This document shows, piece after piece, positions 47,526 through 56,936 of a stretch of 64,000 nt of DNA. The position numbers and the translations under genes were made by a program. Within the stretch, counting starts at the first letter, position 1. The number at the start of each line of letters is the position of its first letter. Source of the DNA: Candidatus Altiarchaeota archaeon. GTDB taxonomy: Archaea; Altiarchaeota; Altiarchaeia; IMC4; SCGC-AAA252-I15. The notes under the pieces are model-generated. The model was not told the DNA's origin. It ran no database searches and saw only the letters and a program-made list of their open reading frames with translations. The stretch is from assembly GCA_043800255.1 (NCBI GenBank), contig JAZDNF010000013.1, forward strand, positions 150,474-214,473, read 5' to 3'.

Positions 47526-49589
47526 TTACTTTTTCTGTAATTTTCTACGAACGAACCTGAAATGCTGAGCCTCAGACCCTGCAACAAGCTCCCTGACAAT
47601 GGCCAAAATCTTACCCGCAGGATAATTTTTAGCAAGAGGGACGTCCAACGTAGCCCCACCACCAAGAAAACAGTGGAACTTAGACTCAGTGGATACTGTT
47701 TTTTTCAGGCCAACCCCCTCCCGAAGGTGATAGGAGAGAGAATACCTGTCAAAGTCGAGGCCCAATTTTTCGATCTTGTTCCTATGCCTCATAGAGTCAA
47801 CCTCCCAGAGCCGCCTGTTGTGAGTCCCAACCGGGCTCTCAGCCAGAGCCAGCAGCATGTCAGACTCCCTGGCAAAGTTTGAGACCAGGCGCGACATCCT
47901 CCTCACAACCTTCAACCCGAACTCCAGGCCGGTTTTAGAATCCAAACGCGAGCCGGTCGAGATGTAAGCCATGTCGTCCAAGCCAGCGAACCCTATGAGG
48001 TAAGTCTGCCGGTCAGGCTCAAAGTAGAGGCCGCCGCCTTTATCCACTTTCTGGCTGAAGAACGGGAACAACCCGTTCTCAAGGTTGTCCTCAAGAGTCT
48101 GCCTCTTCAGTAGGAGAACGTTTTTCGCGTCAGCGACCCTGCGCCCAATGAGGCGGAATATCTTCCTATCGTCACCATTGGCCTCCAATGCTATCTGCGG
48201 CAGGTTCACTGTGACCATCTGAGCGCAGCCCCCCCTGAGATATCCTGCTAGAGTGTCCTTGCGTATTACTGGCGGCGCCAGCGGCATAAGGTAGGCTGAA
48301 TTCTGATAGCATTTGAACTTTGACATGTACTTCCTGTTAACCGTGAATGATGGGCTGCCATGCTTTGACGAGAGCACAGCAACATCTGACAGTATATCAT
48401 GGTCCAGCTCTTTCTTGGATATCTGAAGCTCGAGTTTAGGCATGTTGAAGCCTTCATGCCTGTGGTCGCCCCTAGTGTACACTTGGATAAGTGCTGATAG
48501 AATCCTCTCAGCCTCGTCCTGGAAGTCAGAGTATGTGACGTCTTTCCTCACCAACCCGCCGGGGAGGACGGCAGGCAGATTCTGAAGCTGAGCTGGCAGG
48601 GTTAGGTTACACTGCACGCAGCTGAACAGGCCCTGAGTGGAGTACGTCTGGCTTAGCTCGTATATGAAAACCTGGGCAAGCTGGGCTATCTCCTCAGCAT
48701 CCAAGCCGGACACATAGGGAGCCATGAATGTGTTGAAATAATTCAAACCCTGCCCGCCGACGCAGCTAGTCTGGGCGGCACCAAGTATCTTGGCAGCCTG
48801 CAGGAACGCCACCTCAGGATTCTTCGGCGGACCGCTGGTTGCGCTGTATTTTCCCACCCCATCGGCCCTGAAACCGCTCTTCAGGAAAAACCGGAGATCG
48901 TGGGAGAAGCTGTAAGTCCTGATCGGGAAGTGACCGATATCGTGTATGTGTATCCTCCCAGCCAGGTGGGCGTCAGCCAAGTTCGAAGGCAGAACGTTCA
49001 AGAGAGTGTACTCCAGTATCATCTGCTCTGCCATGACGTCTTCGATGGTGTCAGGATTGTACTGTCTGCCGTCGCCTGAGCCGCCCATTATGAGCGTTGT
49101 GACATCATAGACCGGCATTCCAAGCCTCGTGTACCTCGCCCGCGTGTTCTCAAAACCGTGCTCCAGCAGCTTTACGTTGACAATCTCCCTTATCAGGGGG
49201 GCGGTCACATAATCCAGCTTGAGCCTGGAGAGCTCCTTCTCCACGTCCCTCGCTATCTTCAGCGCGTGAACCTCGTCCAAGTCGGTCTCAGCCATCAGCG
49301 AGTCGACTATCTTATGGAGCTTGAACGTCTCCAGCATTATCTTAGACGTCCTGACCCTCAGATTCAGGCGATACATGAAACGGTCAGCTATGTCAGGGTT
49401 GAACTTCTTCAGCTTTTCGTAGACGATACCCCTGATTTCAGAAGTCGGCATACTGTCATACAAGACAGCCTTAACCTCAGACGCTATCTCAGTCGAAAGC
49501 TCCAATGAGACGCCAGCATTCATACAAGCTGCGATAATCTTGTCAGCCTTGAACGCCTGCAACGAATTGTCCGACTTCCTCACATCCAT
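47526..49589 (-). CDS. Anaerobic (class III, NrdD-like) ribonucleotide reductase homolog with an ATP-cone, apparently lacking the C-terminal Zn-ribbon and glycyl-radical domain
   Basis: 687 aa. ATP-cone at the N-terminus. GRIHIHDIGHFP compares with T4 NrdD GIIHVHDIDYSP. FHCFLGGGATLDV compares with T4 HFIATGGHISYVEL. The ORF stops about 35 aa later with no CxxC pairs or RxxGY motif. Confidence 0.6.
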   Translation of the reverse strand: MDVRKSDNSLQAFKADKIIAACMNAGVSLELSTEIASEVKAVLYDSMPTSEIRGIVYEKLKKFNPDIADRFMYRLNLRVRTSKIMLETFKLHKIVDSLMAETDLDEVHALKIARDVEKELSRLKLDYVTAPLIREIVNVKLLEHGFENTRARYTRLGMPVYDVTTLIMGGSGDGRQYNPDTIEDVMAEQMILEYTLLNVLPSNLADAHLAGRIHIHDIGHFPIRTYSFSHDLRFFLKSGFRADGVGKYSATSGPPKNPEVAFLQAAKILGAAQTSCVGGQGLNYFNTFMAPYVSGLDAEEIAQLAQVFIYELSQTYSTQGLFSCVQCNLTLPAQLQNLPAVLPGGLVRKDVTYSDFQDEAERILSALIQVYTRGDHRHEGFNMPKLELQISKKELDHDILSDVAVLSSKHGSPSFTVNRKYMSKFKCYQNSAYLMPLAPPVIRKDTLAGYLRGGCAQMVTVNLPQIALEANGDDRKIFRLIGRRVADAKNVLLLKRQTLEDNLENGLFPFFSQKVDKGGGLYFEPDRQTYLIGFAGLDDMAYISTGSRLDSKTGLEFGLKVVRRMSRLVSNFARESDMLLALAESPVGTHNRRLWEVDSMRHRNKIEKLGLDFDRYSLSYHLREGVGLKKTVSTESKFHCFLGGGATLDVPLAKNYPAGKILAIVRELVAGSEAQHFRFVRRKLQKK

Positions 49590-49659
49590 AACACACCAAC
49601 CAGAACCAGTTATAATCCTAAGTAATTAGGGTAGAAGATTAAAAGTTGCGGGTATGACG

Positions 49660-50298
49660 TCAGGCTACAATATCTTGGTAGGGTCGCAGCATTGTCCTGA
49701 CTATGTCCTTCGAGTACTTGGCTATCCTTGAGAGGTTTTTTGCGATAACGATGACGCCGCCAACCTTCTTCGGAGGCAAGTCGCTGTCATACAGATCTGC
49801 TAGGATCTCTTTATGGATTCTGTCAACCCGGTCGAACATGCCGACCACTCCATTCGCCAACGCCTCATCGCAATCGCCAAATGCCGTCTCCATGTCCTTC
49901 AGCATCTGCAGGACAAGATCCTTCTCAGTCTCCAGTTTTTTGGAGAGTTTGTCACTGCCAAGTTCTGCGCTGATGCCGTCTTCGGCTATGTAGGATATGT
50001 GGTCTGCAATCCTCTCCAAGAATGTTGAGAAGTCTATGAGGATGAGGGACAGGGGAACGTTGCCGCCCATCGGCATTCCTGACAGGTACTCCAGAACATT
50101 TTTTCTTATGTCCCTGTTCAGCTGGTCGGTCTTGTCTTCGCGCCCGATGACTTCCCCGGCTTTCCTCGCATCCTTCGTCTCAAGAGCCTCCCAAGTATCC
50201 TCAAACATCTCCAGAATCTCTTTATGCATTATCCTGACATCGTCCATCGCCTTCTCCAGCAGCCTGTTGGCTTTGACAATCTTGAGCACACTGACCAT
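49660..50298 (-). CDS. phoU: PhoU-family phosphate uptake regulator
   Basis: 212 aa. Duplicated PhoU helical repeat. Next to a Na/Pi cotransporter gene. Confidence 0.75.
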   Translation of the reverse strand: MVSVLKIVKANRLLEKAMDDVRIMHKEILEMFEDTWEALETKDARKAGEVIGREDKTDQLNRDIRKNVLEYLSGMPMGGNVPLSLILIDFSTFLERIADHISYIAEDGISAELGSDKLSKKLETEKDLVLQMLKDMETAFGDCDEALANGVVGMFDRVDRIHKEILADLYDSDLPPKKVGGVIVIAKNLSRIAKYSKDIVRTMLRPYQDIVA

Positions 50299-50304
50299 CT
50301 TACA

Positions 50305-51459
50305 TCAGCCTCCAAGGTATATTACGAGTCCGGGAATAATAAAAAACATTATCAATGCGAACATTACCAGTGATACCGCCCCATTCCTGGACGACACTAT
50401 GACATTAGACACTCTGGACGTCAGAAGCAGGGGCAGATCCCTCAAACCAGGAGTAATAAGCCACAGGGTAACGCCTATTACATTGATAATCACATGAACA
50501 AGTCCAACGCTCAAACCCAAAACCCCGAATTTTATGTACGATATTATCTGCCCTGGATCGATAGTCGTTCCTATGTTGCAGCCCAACAGGTAGGGGTAAA
50601 TCTTTTTCAGACTGACAGCGCCGGAGGCTACGAAGGGTATTGCCAGGGCGGTCGCAACACTGCTGCTCTGCAATACCCATGTAACCGACGAGCCAACCAC
50701 AATCCCTCTGAACGGGGTTTTGAACGCCCGGTCAACAGAGTCCGCAGCCATGTCTTTCATAAAGTTCTGGACCGACGTTGACATAAACTCCAGAGAGAGC
50801 AACAGCACTATAAAGGAGGCTATGCCGGTAATCGCGGCTGCTAGGAGGGTTTTGCCGAAAATGACAGTTATAGTTTCTACAGCAGGCTGGACAGCGGGGT
50901 CTGTGAATACGTCTATGAAATCCGGGAATCCGCCAAGCACTGCCCCGATTACTGGAAAATTGCCAATCAAACCTGCTAAAAACGTCGATGACCTGCTGAG
51001 GAGATGTGTGGTACTCTCAAGTATGAAGAAGACAGAAACGTTGAGCACTTTGAAGACGTCGTTGGCTAACGCGACTGGAACAGCCCTCGAAAATTCAAGC
51101 TTTCTGAAGGAGTAGCCCAACGCAATTAGTACAGAGGTTATCGTGGTTCCGATGTTCGCCCCCATCACAAACGGGACCGCTTGGGCAACCGTCATCCCGC
51201 CCGCGGCAACGGTTGCGATGCAGACTGCAACAACACCTGACGAACTCTGCACTATGGCTGTCGCCATTATCCCGGCGCACAACGCGGACAGGGGATTCCC
51301 AACAACTCTGCTGACGTAATCCTTTGCCAGCCCCTCCTTCCCTTCAGCCGCGAATGCGATAATCCATGATGCCTTCAGGCCGCAGAGTGAGCAGACGAAG
51401 AGGTATATCCCAAGTAGTAACAACAAGAGATTAAAACTCCAACCCCGACCCTCGAACAT
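50305..51459 (-). CDS. Na+/phosphate cotransporter (NptA / Na_Pi_cotrans family)
   Basis: 384 aa, polytopic. Repeated GANIGTT/GCNIGTT motifs. Confidence 0.7.
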   Translation of the reverse strand: MFEGRGWSFNLLLLLLGIYLFVCSLCGLKASWIIAFAAEGKEGLAKDYVSRVVGNPLSALCAGIMATAIVQSSSGVVAVCIATVAAGGMTVAQAVPFVMGANIGTTITSVLIALGYSFRKLEFSRAVPVALANDVFKVLNVSVFFILESTTHLLSRSSTFLAGLIGNFPVIGAVLGGFPDFIDVFTDPAVQPAVETITVIFGKTLLAAAITGIASFIVLLLSLEFMSTSVQNFMKDMAADSVDRAFKTPFRGIVVGSSVTWVLQSSSVATALAIPFVASGAVSLKKIYPYLLGCNIGTTIDPGQIISYIKFGVLGLSVGLVHVIINVIGVTLWLITPGLRDLPLLLTSRVSNVIVSSRNGAVSLVMFALIMFFIIPGLVIYLGG

Positions 51460-51506
51460 TTTATTAAGAATGTAACGTGAGGTATAAATAGACTGTTCGA
51501 ACGGAA

Positions 51507-52703
51507 ATGTTGGACTATCTGCTCCTTGCCTTAACAGGTTGTCTTTTAGGGGTCATAACAGGCCTGACTCCGGGATTGCACGTTAATACTGTGTGCCTGC
51601 TGGGACTGTCAGTCTATCCTAGACTGGGGCTGGATCCGCTCCAGTTCTCGGTTGCCATGGTTGCCATGGCGGTAACGCACACCTTCCTGGACTTCATACC
51701 CGCAATCTTCATCGGAGTCCCAGAAGAGCAGACCGCGTTAAGCGTTCTGCCAGCCCACAAGCTCGTCTTAGACGGCAAAGCGTTGGACGCTGTGAGGATA
51801 ACAGCCTACGGCAGCCTCCTCGGGCTGTTCGTTTCCCTCCTGCTTGTGGTGCCAGCAATGTACGTCATACCAAAAGTATACGCAGCCATAAGAGGGTTCG
51901 TGGTATATGTCATAATAGCTGCGGTCGCCCTCCTGATACTGAGGGAGAAACGGAAAATCTGGGCTTTGACCGTTTTCCTGCTGTCAGGCTGGTTCGGCTT
52001 GGAAGTCCTAAATCTCAAAGTAATATCAAGCACGCAGGTCCTGTTCCCAGTGTTCGCAGGCCTCTTCGGGATAAGCACGATACTGGACTCCCTGAAATCC
52101 AGAAGCTTGAGAGTGCCGCAGAAAAGGTATTCCACCGTTCAGATGGACCGGGAAATCATATGGCCGAGTATTCTCGGAACGCTTGGAGGAATAGCTGTCG
52201 GAGTGCTGCCAGCGATGAGCCCCTCCCAGGTGGGGATACTGATGTTCAAGATGTTCGGGAACAGCGTGACAAGGTTTCTGGCAGCAGTCAGCGCAATAAA
52301 CACCTCAGACGCCATATTCTCGCTCGTCTCCCTCTACACCATAGGAAACCCCAGAAGCGGCGTCGCGACCATGATAGGCAAGATAATAGAAGTGAACTCC
52401 CAAACCCTCTGGCTCTTCCTCGGAACAGTAGCGTTCACAGCGGCTTTTGCGACTGTACTCCACCTGAGGATAGGAGCGCTAGCTCTCAGAGTATTCAACA
52501 GGATAGACTTCAGGATGCTGAACCTTACAACGCTGATTATCGTGTTCGCACTCCTGCACGCACTCACAGGCCTGACAGGAATATTGATAGCACTCCTCGC
52601 AACCGCAATCGGATTGATACCGATACACACCGGAGTAAGCAGGACGCATCTGATGGGAGTGCTGATAGTGCCGACGGTGTTCTACTTCCTGGGAATTGGT
52701 TAG
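51507..52703 (+). CDS. TctA/DUF112-like polytopic membrane protein
   Basis: 398 aa. N-terminal GVITGLTPGLHVN. Confidence 0.4.
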   Translation: MLDYLLLALTGCLLGVITGLTPGLHVNTVCLLGLSVYPRLGLDPLQFSVAMVAMAVTHTFLDFIPAIFIGVPEEQTALSVLPAHKLVLDGKALDAVRITAYGSLLGLFVSLLLVVPAMYVIPKVYAAIRGFVVYVIIAAVALLILREKRKIWALTVFLLSGWFGLEVLNLKVISSTQVLFPVFAGLFGISTILDSLKSRSLRVPQKRYSTVQMDREIIWPSILGTLGGIAVGVLPAMSPSQVGILMFKMFGNSVTRFLAAVSAINTSDAIFSLVSLYTIGNPRSGVATMIGKIIEVNSQTLWLFLGTVAFTAAFATVLHLRIGALALRVFNRIDFRMLNLTTLIIVFALLHALTGLTGILIALLATAIGLIPIHTGVSRTHLMGVLIVPTVFYFLGIG

Positions 52704-53953
52704 GTAGTAGGTTTTTCCAGTATCACGATGCTCTCCCGGACAGGCTTCTGCTTCTGGATGCCGTGAACATCGCACCATCTGGCGTTCGCAACCCAGATAT
52801 CCTTAACCTCAAAGCCGGCCTGTTCAGCCAGCTCAGCCAATATGAGGTCAACATCGACTGTGAGGTTAGGCAGGCAGGCGTTGCCTACAACATAAAACGC
52901 TAAACCACCATCAGACAGAACAGGGTACAAACTCTCAAGGCTGGCATAGATATCCTCAAAATAGGCTCTCACAACAACAGGGGACTTCACAGGATCATCA
53001 AAGTTGGAGATGGAATCCAGTATAGGACTAAGTCTCTCAGACCTGACACTCCCCTTGCTAGAGTATGCTGCTCCGACGTGAGACCTCAACGACTTAGACC
53101 GCAACTCGGCGTACTCTTTAGTGTCAACCAGCAGAGCCAACTCCAACGCATACAGTTTAGCATAGTCGACGAAATTCAGATACGGGGGGGAGGTGATGCA
53201 CACGTCAGCAGACCCTGGAGGAAGCTCCAGACTGCGGGCATCCCCAATATGCGCCCCAGCCTCCGCGCCGCCATCCAACTGAACCCTCGAAAGGTCCTTA
53301 TACATCCGCTTAAGCCGATTCTTCAGAAGATACCTGACAGGCGCAAGATGCCTCTTCTTGACAATCTTCAAGACGCCGCCGTCCTTTTTAGTGTTGCTGG
53401 CCTGGCCGACAATGCTCAGCAAACCCAGCAGGAGGAAGTTCCTCGACATCTCATCCTCAACATCAAGAATCCTCTCCTTGAAAAACAGGATATCGTTGCG
53501 AGCATACCTTGAGAACACCTTCCGCATGTCCAGGAACTTTAGATCAGGCCACCTGAGAGAAGACTCGCCGAACTTGAGAGACGAAACCAAACGTATGCTC
53601 TCCTTCAGGACGTCCATGTTGTAGCCTGTCTGGACTTTTGCGTTCGACACGAAAACCCCCAAGGGAAGTATGTCAAAGCCGACAGAAGTGTAGCCCCTGT
53701 GCCTGCAGGCCAAAAGCGTGGTTCCTGTGCCGCAGAAAGGGTCTATGACCCGTGAATCCTTTTTGACCTTGAACTCGTCAAGCAGACCCCACACCAGGCT
53801 CCTCGAGAACCCCTCCTTGTAGTAGAACCAGTTGTAGACCGGCTCAGACTTGTTGCCTGCGAAGGTCACAGACTGCTGGTAATCAGGCCGCATTTTCAGC
53901 AGCTCAGAATACCGTCCAGTCGACTCCAGGGAAAGCTCGAAAAACCTTTTCAA
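52700..53953 (-). CDS. DNA methyltransferase (N4-cytosine or N6-adenine amino-MTase). No restriction endonuclease gene is adjacent.
   Basis: 417 aa. Motif I DPFCGTGTT. Motif IV SPPY. Overlaps by 4 nt the upstream tiaS. Confidence 0.7.
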   Translation of the reverse strand: MKRFFELSLESTGRYSELLKMRPDYQQSVTFAGNKSEPVYNWFYYKEGFSRSLVWGLLDEFKVKKDSRVIDPFCGTGTTLLACRHRGYTSVGFDILPLGVFVSNAKVQTGYNMDVLKESIRLVSSLKFGESSLRWPDLKFLDMRKVFSRYARNDILFFKERILDVEDEMSRNFLLLGLLSIVGQASNTKKDGGVLKIVKKRHLAPVRYLLKNRLKRMYKDLSRVQLDGGAEAGAHIGDARSLELPPGSADVCITSPPYLNFVDYAKLYALELALLVDTKEYAELRSKSLRSHVGAAYSSKGSVRSERLSPILDSISNFDDPVKSPVVVRAYFEDIYASLESLYPVLSDGGLAFYVVGNACLPNLTVDVDLILAELAEQAGFEVKDIWVANARWCDVHGIQKQKPVRESIVILEKPTT

Positions 53954-55167
53954 TTTCTTACCAGAGGCTTGCTGAGATGGCGTCTTGCTCTTGGAGGAAC
54001 CTCATACCAGCCTAATAGAAGCCGACGCTCAACCTTTTTACTGACAGCATCATGAGACCTTCCGCCGCAGACCCTGCACTTGAATCCCTTCTCCCTGCCG
54101 GCGGAAGTCATACTCTTGCCACAGCAGAGTGGGGCGGATTTGGCAACCCGGTCCGACATCTTCTTAAGAAGCAGCTTCTCAAGGTTGACAGTCTCCACGT
54201 ACTTGGAAAGTCCGCCGCAGACTTCAACCTCGTCTCCAACATCAAGCGCCCCGACCAGATTCCTGAAGCTGCCTGTCGGCTTATAGGCCGCGCAGTCAAT
54301 GGTCCCGGTCCCATCGTCCAATGTGAAGATGACATGCCCCCCAGCGATCCTTCTAGGCGCCCTGACAACAACGCCAGACAGTCTTACGCAGTCGTAGGGC
54401 CTTACCTCGCTGATCTTCTTCGGGAGTATGTGGCAGTCTGTCGCCTGGTTCGTCTCAAATATCTGGAAGAACTGGACGTCCTCATGCGGTTCGATCATGT
54501 TCCACGCCTCCAGAACAACTTCGCTAGTATCGCCGCGTATGCCGCACAGCACGGGGTCATAGCCTCTCGGCGCTATTTTTATGAAACCAGTCTCATCGTC
54601 TAGATTGTCAAAGGTTTTGGGATAGAACGCTTCATTCATTCTCATAACGGACTGAGAGCTGATCATGCGCCGGAGCCCGTGATTTTTTTCGCTTCGGTAG
54701 GCTATCAGCTCGTACGTCCGGTCACCAAAAAACGAGCCGACCGCGGCGAGGGCTCCGACCACACCCCTCCCTTCTTTGAAGAAGTGCGTCTCGGCTTTGA
54801 CAGATTCTGCGACAGACATGGCATGGTCGATGCTGACATGCTCTGACAGCACGGACTGGTAGTATTCTGACAATCTTTTTTTGTCTGAGCCGTTAACCTT
54901 ATCCAAGAGTACTATGCCAGGGTCTGTGCCATCGCATTCCAGTTGGGAGTTGTCTCTGACGAAGTTGATGATATGATCCGGTGAGATGCCGTTAAGCTCA
55001 GCCTCTAAGAGAACAGCCCCGTTGCCTCTGGTTTTGTAGGGTATGTTAGGGTTGAGCCGCACAAGCCGGGGTTGGTTTTTTGTTTTAAGCTCCCTGCAGA
55101 GGAGTGACGCCAAGTACGTTGTACACCCTCCTTTGATAGAGTCTGTGTCGTCTATTCCGATTAGCAT
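53950..55167 (-). CDS. tiaS: tRNA(Ile2) 2-agmatinylcytidine synthetase
   Basis: 405 aa. Begins MLIGIDDTDSIKGGCTTYL. C-terminal CRVCGG zinc ribbon. Confidence 0.75.
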   Translation of the reverse strand: MLIGIDDTDSIKGGCTTYLASLLCRELKTKNQPRLVRLNPNIPYKTRGNGAVLLEAELNGISPDHIINFVRDNSQLECDGTDPGIVLLDKVNGSDKKRLSEYYQSVLSEHVSIDHAMSVAESVKAETHFFKEGRGVVGALAAVGSFFGDRTYELIAYRSEKNHGLRRMISSQSVMRMNEAFYPKTFDNLDDETGFIKIAPRGYDPVLCGIRGDTSEVVLEAWNMIEPHEDVQFFQIFETNQATDCHILPKKISEVRPYDCVRLSGVVVRAPRRIAGGHVIFTLDDGTGTIDCAAYKPTGSFRNLVGALDVGDEVEVCGGLSKYVETVNLEKLLLKKMSDRVAKSAPLCCGKSMTSAGREKGFKCRVCGGRSHDAVSKKVERRLLLGWYEVPPRARRHLSKPLVRN

Positions 55168-55199
55168 GTTAATATAATTCAGCAGCTGATAAAAAAAGG

Positions 55200-55415
55200 G
55201 GTGGTGACGTAATCTTGTGACATCCTTTTCGTTTGTTTTTTAAGAAGTTGTTGTTAGTAAGTCATGACTTATAATCTTGACTTAGTACGGTGACTTAGTT
55301 ATAACGATAAAATTTTGACAAATTTCATTAAATTTTGAGTTGCGAAAGATTTTTATAGTAGTAAGTCAAATTATTAAAAACCTAAGTCATGTGAATTACT
55401 TTCATGACTTACCAT
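55200..55415. repeat. Cluster of at least 7 TGACTTA / TAAGTCA repeats (ORB-like) in an AT-rich intergenic region. Candidate replication origin or regulatory array.
   Basis: TAAGTCATGACTTA palindrome (55258-55271). TGACTTAGT at 55278 and 55291. GTAAGTCA 55361. CTAAGTCATG 55383. CATGACTTAC 55403. Variants TGACGTAA and TGTGACAT near 55203-55223. Confidence 0.4.
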
Positions 55416-55420
55416 CTGAT

Positions 55421-56566
55421 ATGGATAGAGAAGATTACTATAAAAGCCTGGGCTGGATTAAGAGCCCGTTCATAAAGTCAACATCACTTGACATTCCGAT
55501 AATACAGAGAGAAAAGGAGTACAGACAATTATGCGAATCTGTTGGTGGGTGGGACAGGATAATACTGGTTACCGCTCCAATAGGCTACGGAAAAACAACG
55601 TTCATGAACCTGCTCATAAAAAATAGGCCGCAGCACATCGATTATTTGGTTTACTTCGACGCCTACGAGCCTGTTGAGGAAGTTATAAAAAGGATAACAA
55701 ATACGCTGCCTATTTGGAAGAGGATTGGCATGAGCTCAGCAGACAGAACATCGTTTGCAGGATTCCTAAGGAAGCGCCTCGGGAGCAGGCGCATTATGCT
55801 TGTCTTCGATGAAACCCAGGACTACGAGGAGGACATATTCCGCTGGCTGAGGATACTGAACGACAGGGTCGAGAACCTGTTCATCGTCTTCTTAGGATTG
55901 CATGGGCTTATTGACAGGATAACCGCTGAAACTGCATTGCGGGACAGAAAAACAAAGGAAATCGTCCTGTCACCGTTTACAGCGGAACAGCTTAGAGAGA
56001 TTGTCGTTAAGAGACTGAGTTGGGTTGGGGGGGCAGGGATAAAACCGTTTACAGAAGACGGTTTGTTGAGGTTGTGTGAATCAGCAAACGGCGTTCCAAG
56101 ACTGCTCCTGGAGAACGGCCAGAAGGTCGTAGAGCACTGTTCTAAGGAGGGTCTTGGAAGCGCCGACAGCATAGTGGTTGAGGGTGTGATTGGGATAGGC
56201 GATGAGACAGATGTAGAGTCTTTTGAAGACGATGATGAGGCGCAGTCTATCGATTTTTCAAAGAGGGCAATACTTTACCACAACTTTATAGACGACCTGT
56301 CGCCCACCCAGCAGGGGATAATAAACCTGTTGCAGGTCAGGGAGAGCATGAGCATCTCAGAGATGAGCGATGAGCTTGGCAAAGACATCAGGAGCATTGG
56401 ATCATTATTGAGAAAACTGAGGGGATTGAACAGAAAAGAGGTCGAACGGAAGCCGAATGTCCCGTATCCTGTTGTAGTGAGGGTTGGGAAGGATCGTCGG
56501 GGAGGCAGGCAGCAGTACATTTACACCCTCTCAGACAACGCGAGGAGGATGTTAACAACCAGTTAG
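55421..56566 (+). CDS. Divergent Orc1/Cdc6-like AAA+ ATPase with a C-terminal winged helix
   Basis: Start MDREDY (the ORF track's upstream TTG start would run through the repeat array). QREKEYRQL upstream of Walker A APIGYGKTT. Walker B LVFDETQ. LSPFTAEQLREIVVKRL resembles the Orc1 sensor-2 region. Confidence 0.5.
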   Translation: MDREDYYKSLGWIKSPFIKSTSLDIPIIQREKEYRQLCESVGGWDRIILVTAPIGYGKTTFMNLLIKNRPQHIDYLVYFDAYEPVEEVIKRITNTLPIWKRIGMSSADRTSFAGFLRKRLGSRRIMLVFDETQDYEEDIFRWLRILNDRVENLFIVFLGLHGLIDRITAETALRDRKTKEIVLSPFTAEQLREIVVKRLSWVGGAGIKPFTEDGLLRLCESANGVPRLLLENGQKVVEHCSKEGLGSADSIVVEGVIGIGDETDVESFEDDDEAQSIDFSKRAILYHNFIDDLSPTQQGIINLLQVRESMSISEMSDELGKDIRSIGSLLRKLRGLNRKEVERKPNVPYPVVVRVGKDRRGGRQQYIYTLSDNARRMLTTS

Positions 56567-56573
56567 GCTCCAT

Positions 56574-56627
56574 TGGGGGTGGTTGGGTCAATCCGCCTAC
56601 GGGCGCGCACACCCAACCATTTTTTCC
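56574..56627 (+). terminator. GC-rich hairpin followed by a T-tract
   Basis: GGTGGTTGGGT … ACCCAACCA stem, then TTTTTTCC, directly after the Orc1-like stop codon. Confidence 0.35.
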
Positions 56628-56647
56628 AAAAAAAAGAAGGATTTAAA

Positions 56648-56851
56648 GTGTATTTGAGGAAGGACACCAACGAGGGAGTGATATTCCATATCATCAGGAA
56701 CAGGTCTAGGATAAAGGTCTCAGAACTGCTATTAGAGGCTGAAAAACGCAATATAGACCGCAAAATAAGCAGAGAGGTCGTCAGATCCCTGCTGGGAAGC
56801 GGTAGAGTGTACCAGCCCATGAGGGGGGTTCTGGAATTGGTTGAATACTAG
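56648..56851 (+). CDS. Small winged-helix-like protein (GTG/TTG start)
   Basis: About 67 aa, basic and helical. No ATG. Low support. Confidence 0.25.
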   Translation: MYLRKDTNEGVIFHIIRNRSRIKVSELLLEAEKRNIDRKISREVVRSLLGSGRVYQPMRGVLELVEY

Positions 56852-56936
56852 CTGTAAACGAACTCTGTTGTGTAATTACAAAAATCTTTCTTTTATATTA
56901 TCTGTTAGCAATATTATTACTAGTTGTTGATAAGAA

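Noticed and set aside
52160-52903. 247-aa plus-strand ORF spanning the junction of two genes
   Set aside because: It overlaps the membrane-protein gene and the methyltransferase gene in other frames. Its composition is Arg/Asp-rich and low-complexity, so it is spurious.
55340-55420. Upstream TTG start of the Orc1-like ORF, as in the ORF track
   Set aside because: It would translate through the TAAGTCA repeat array. The ATG at 55421 (MDREDY) gives a protein whose conserved motifs begin at a sensible distance.
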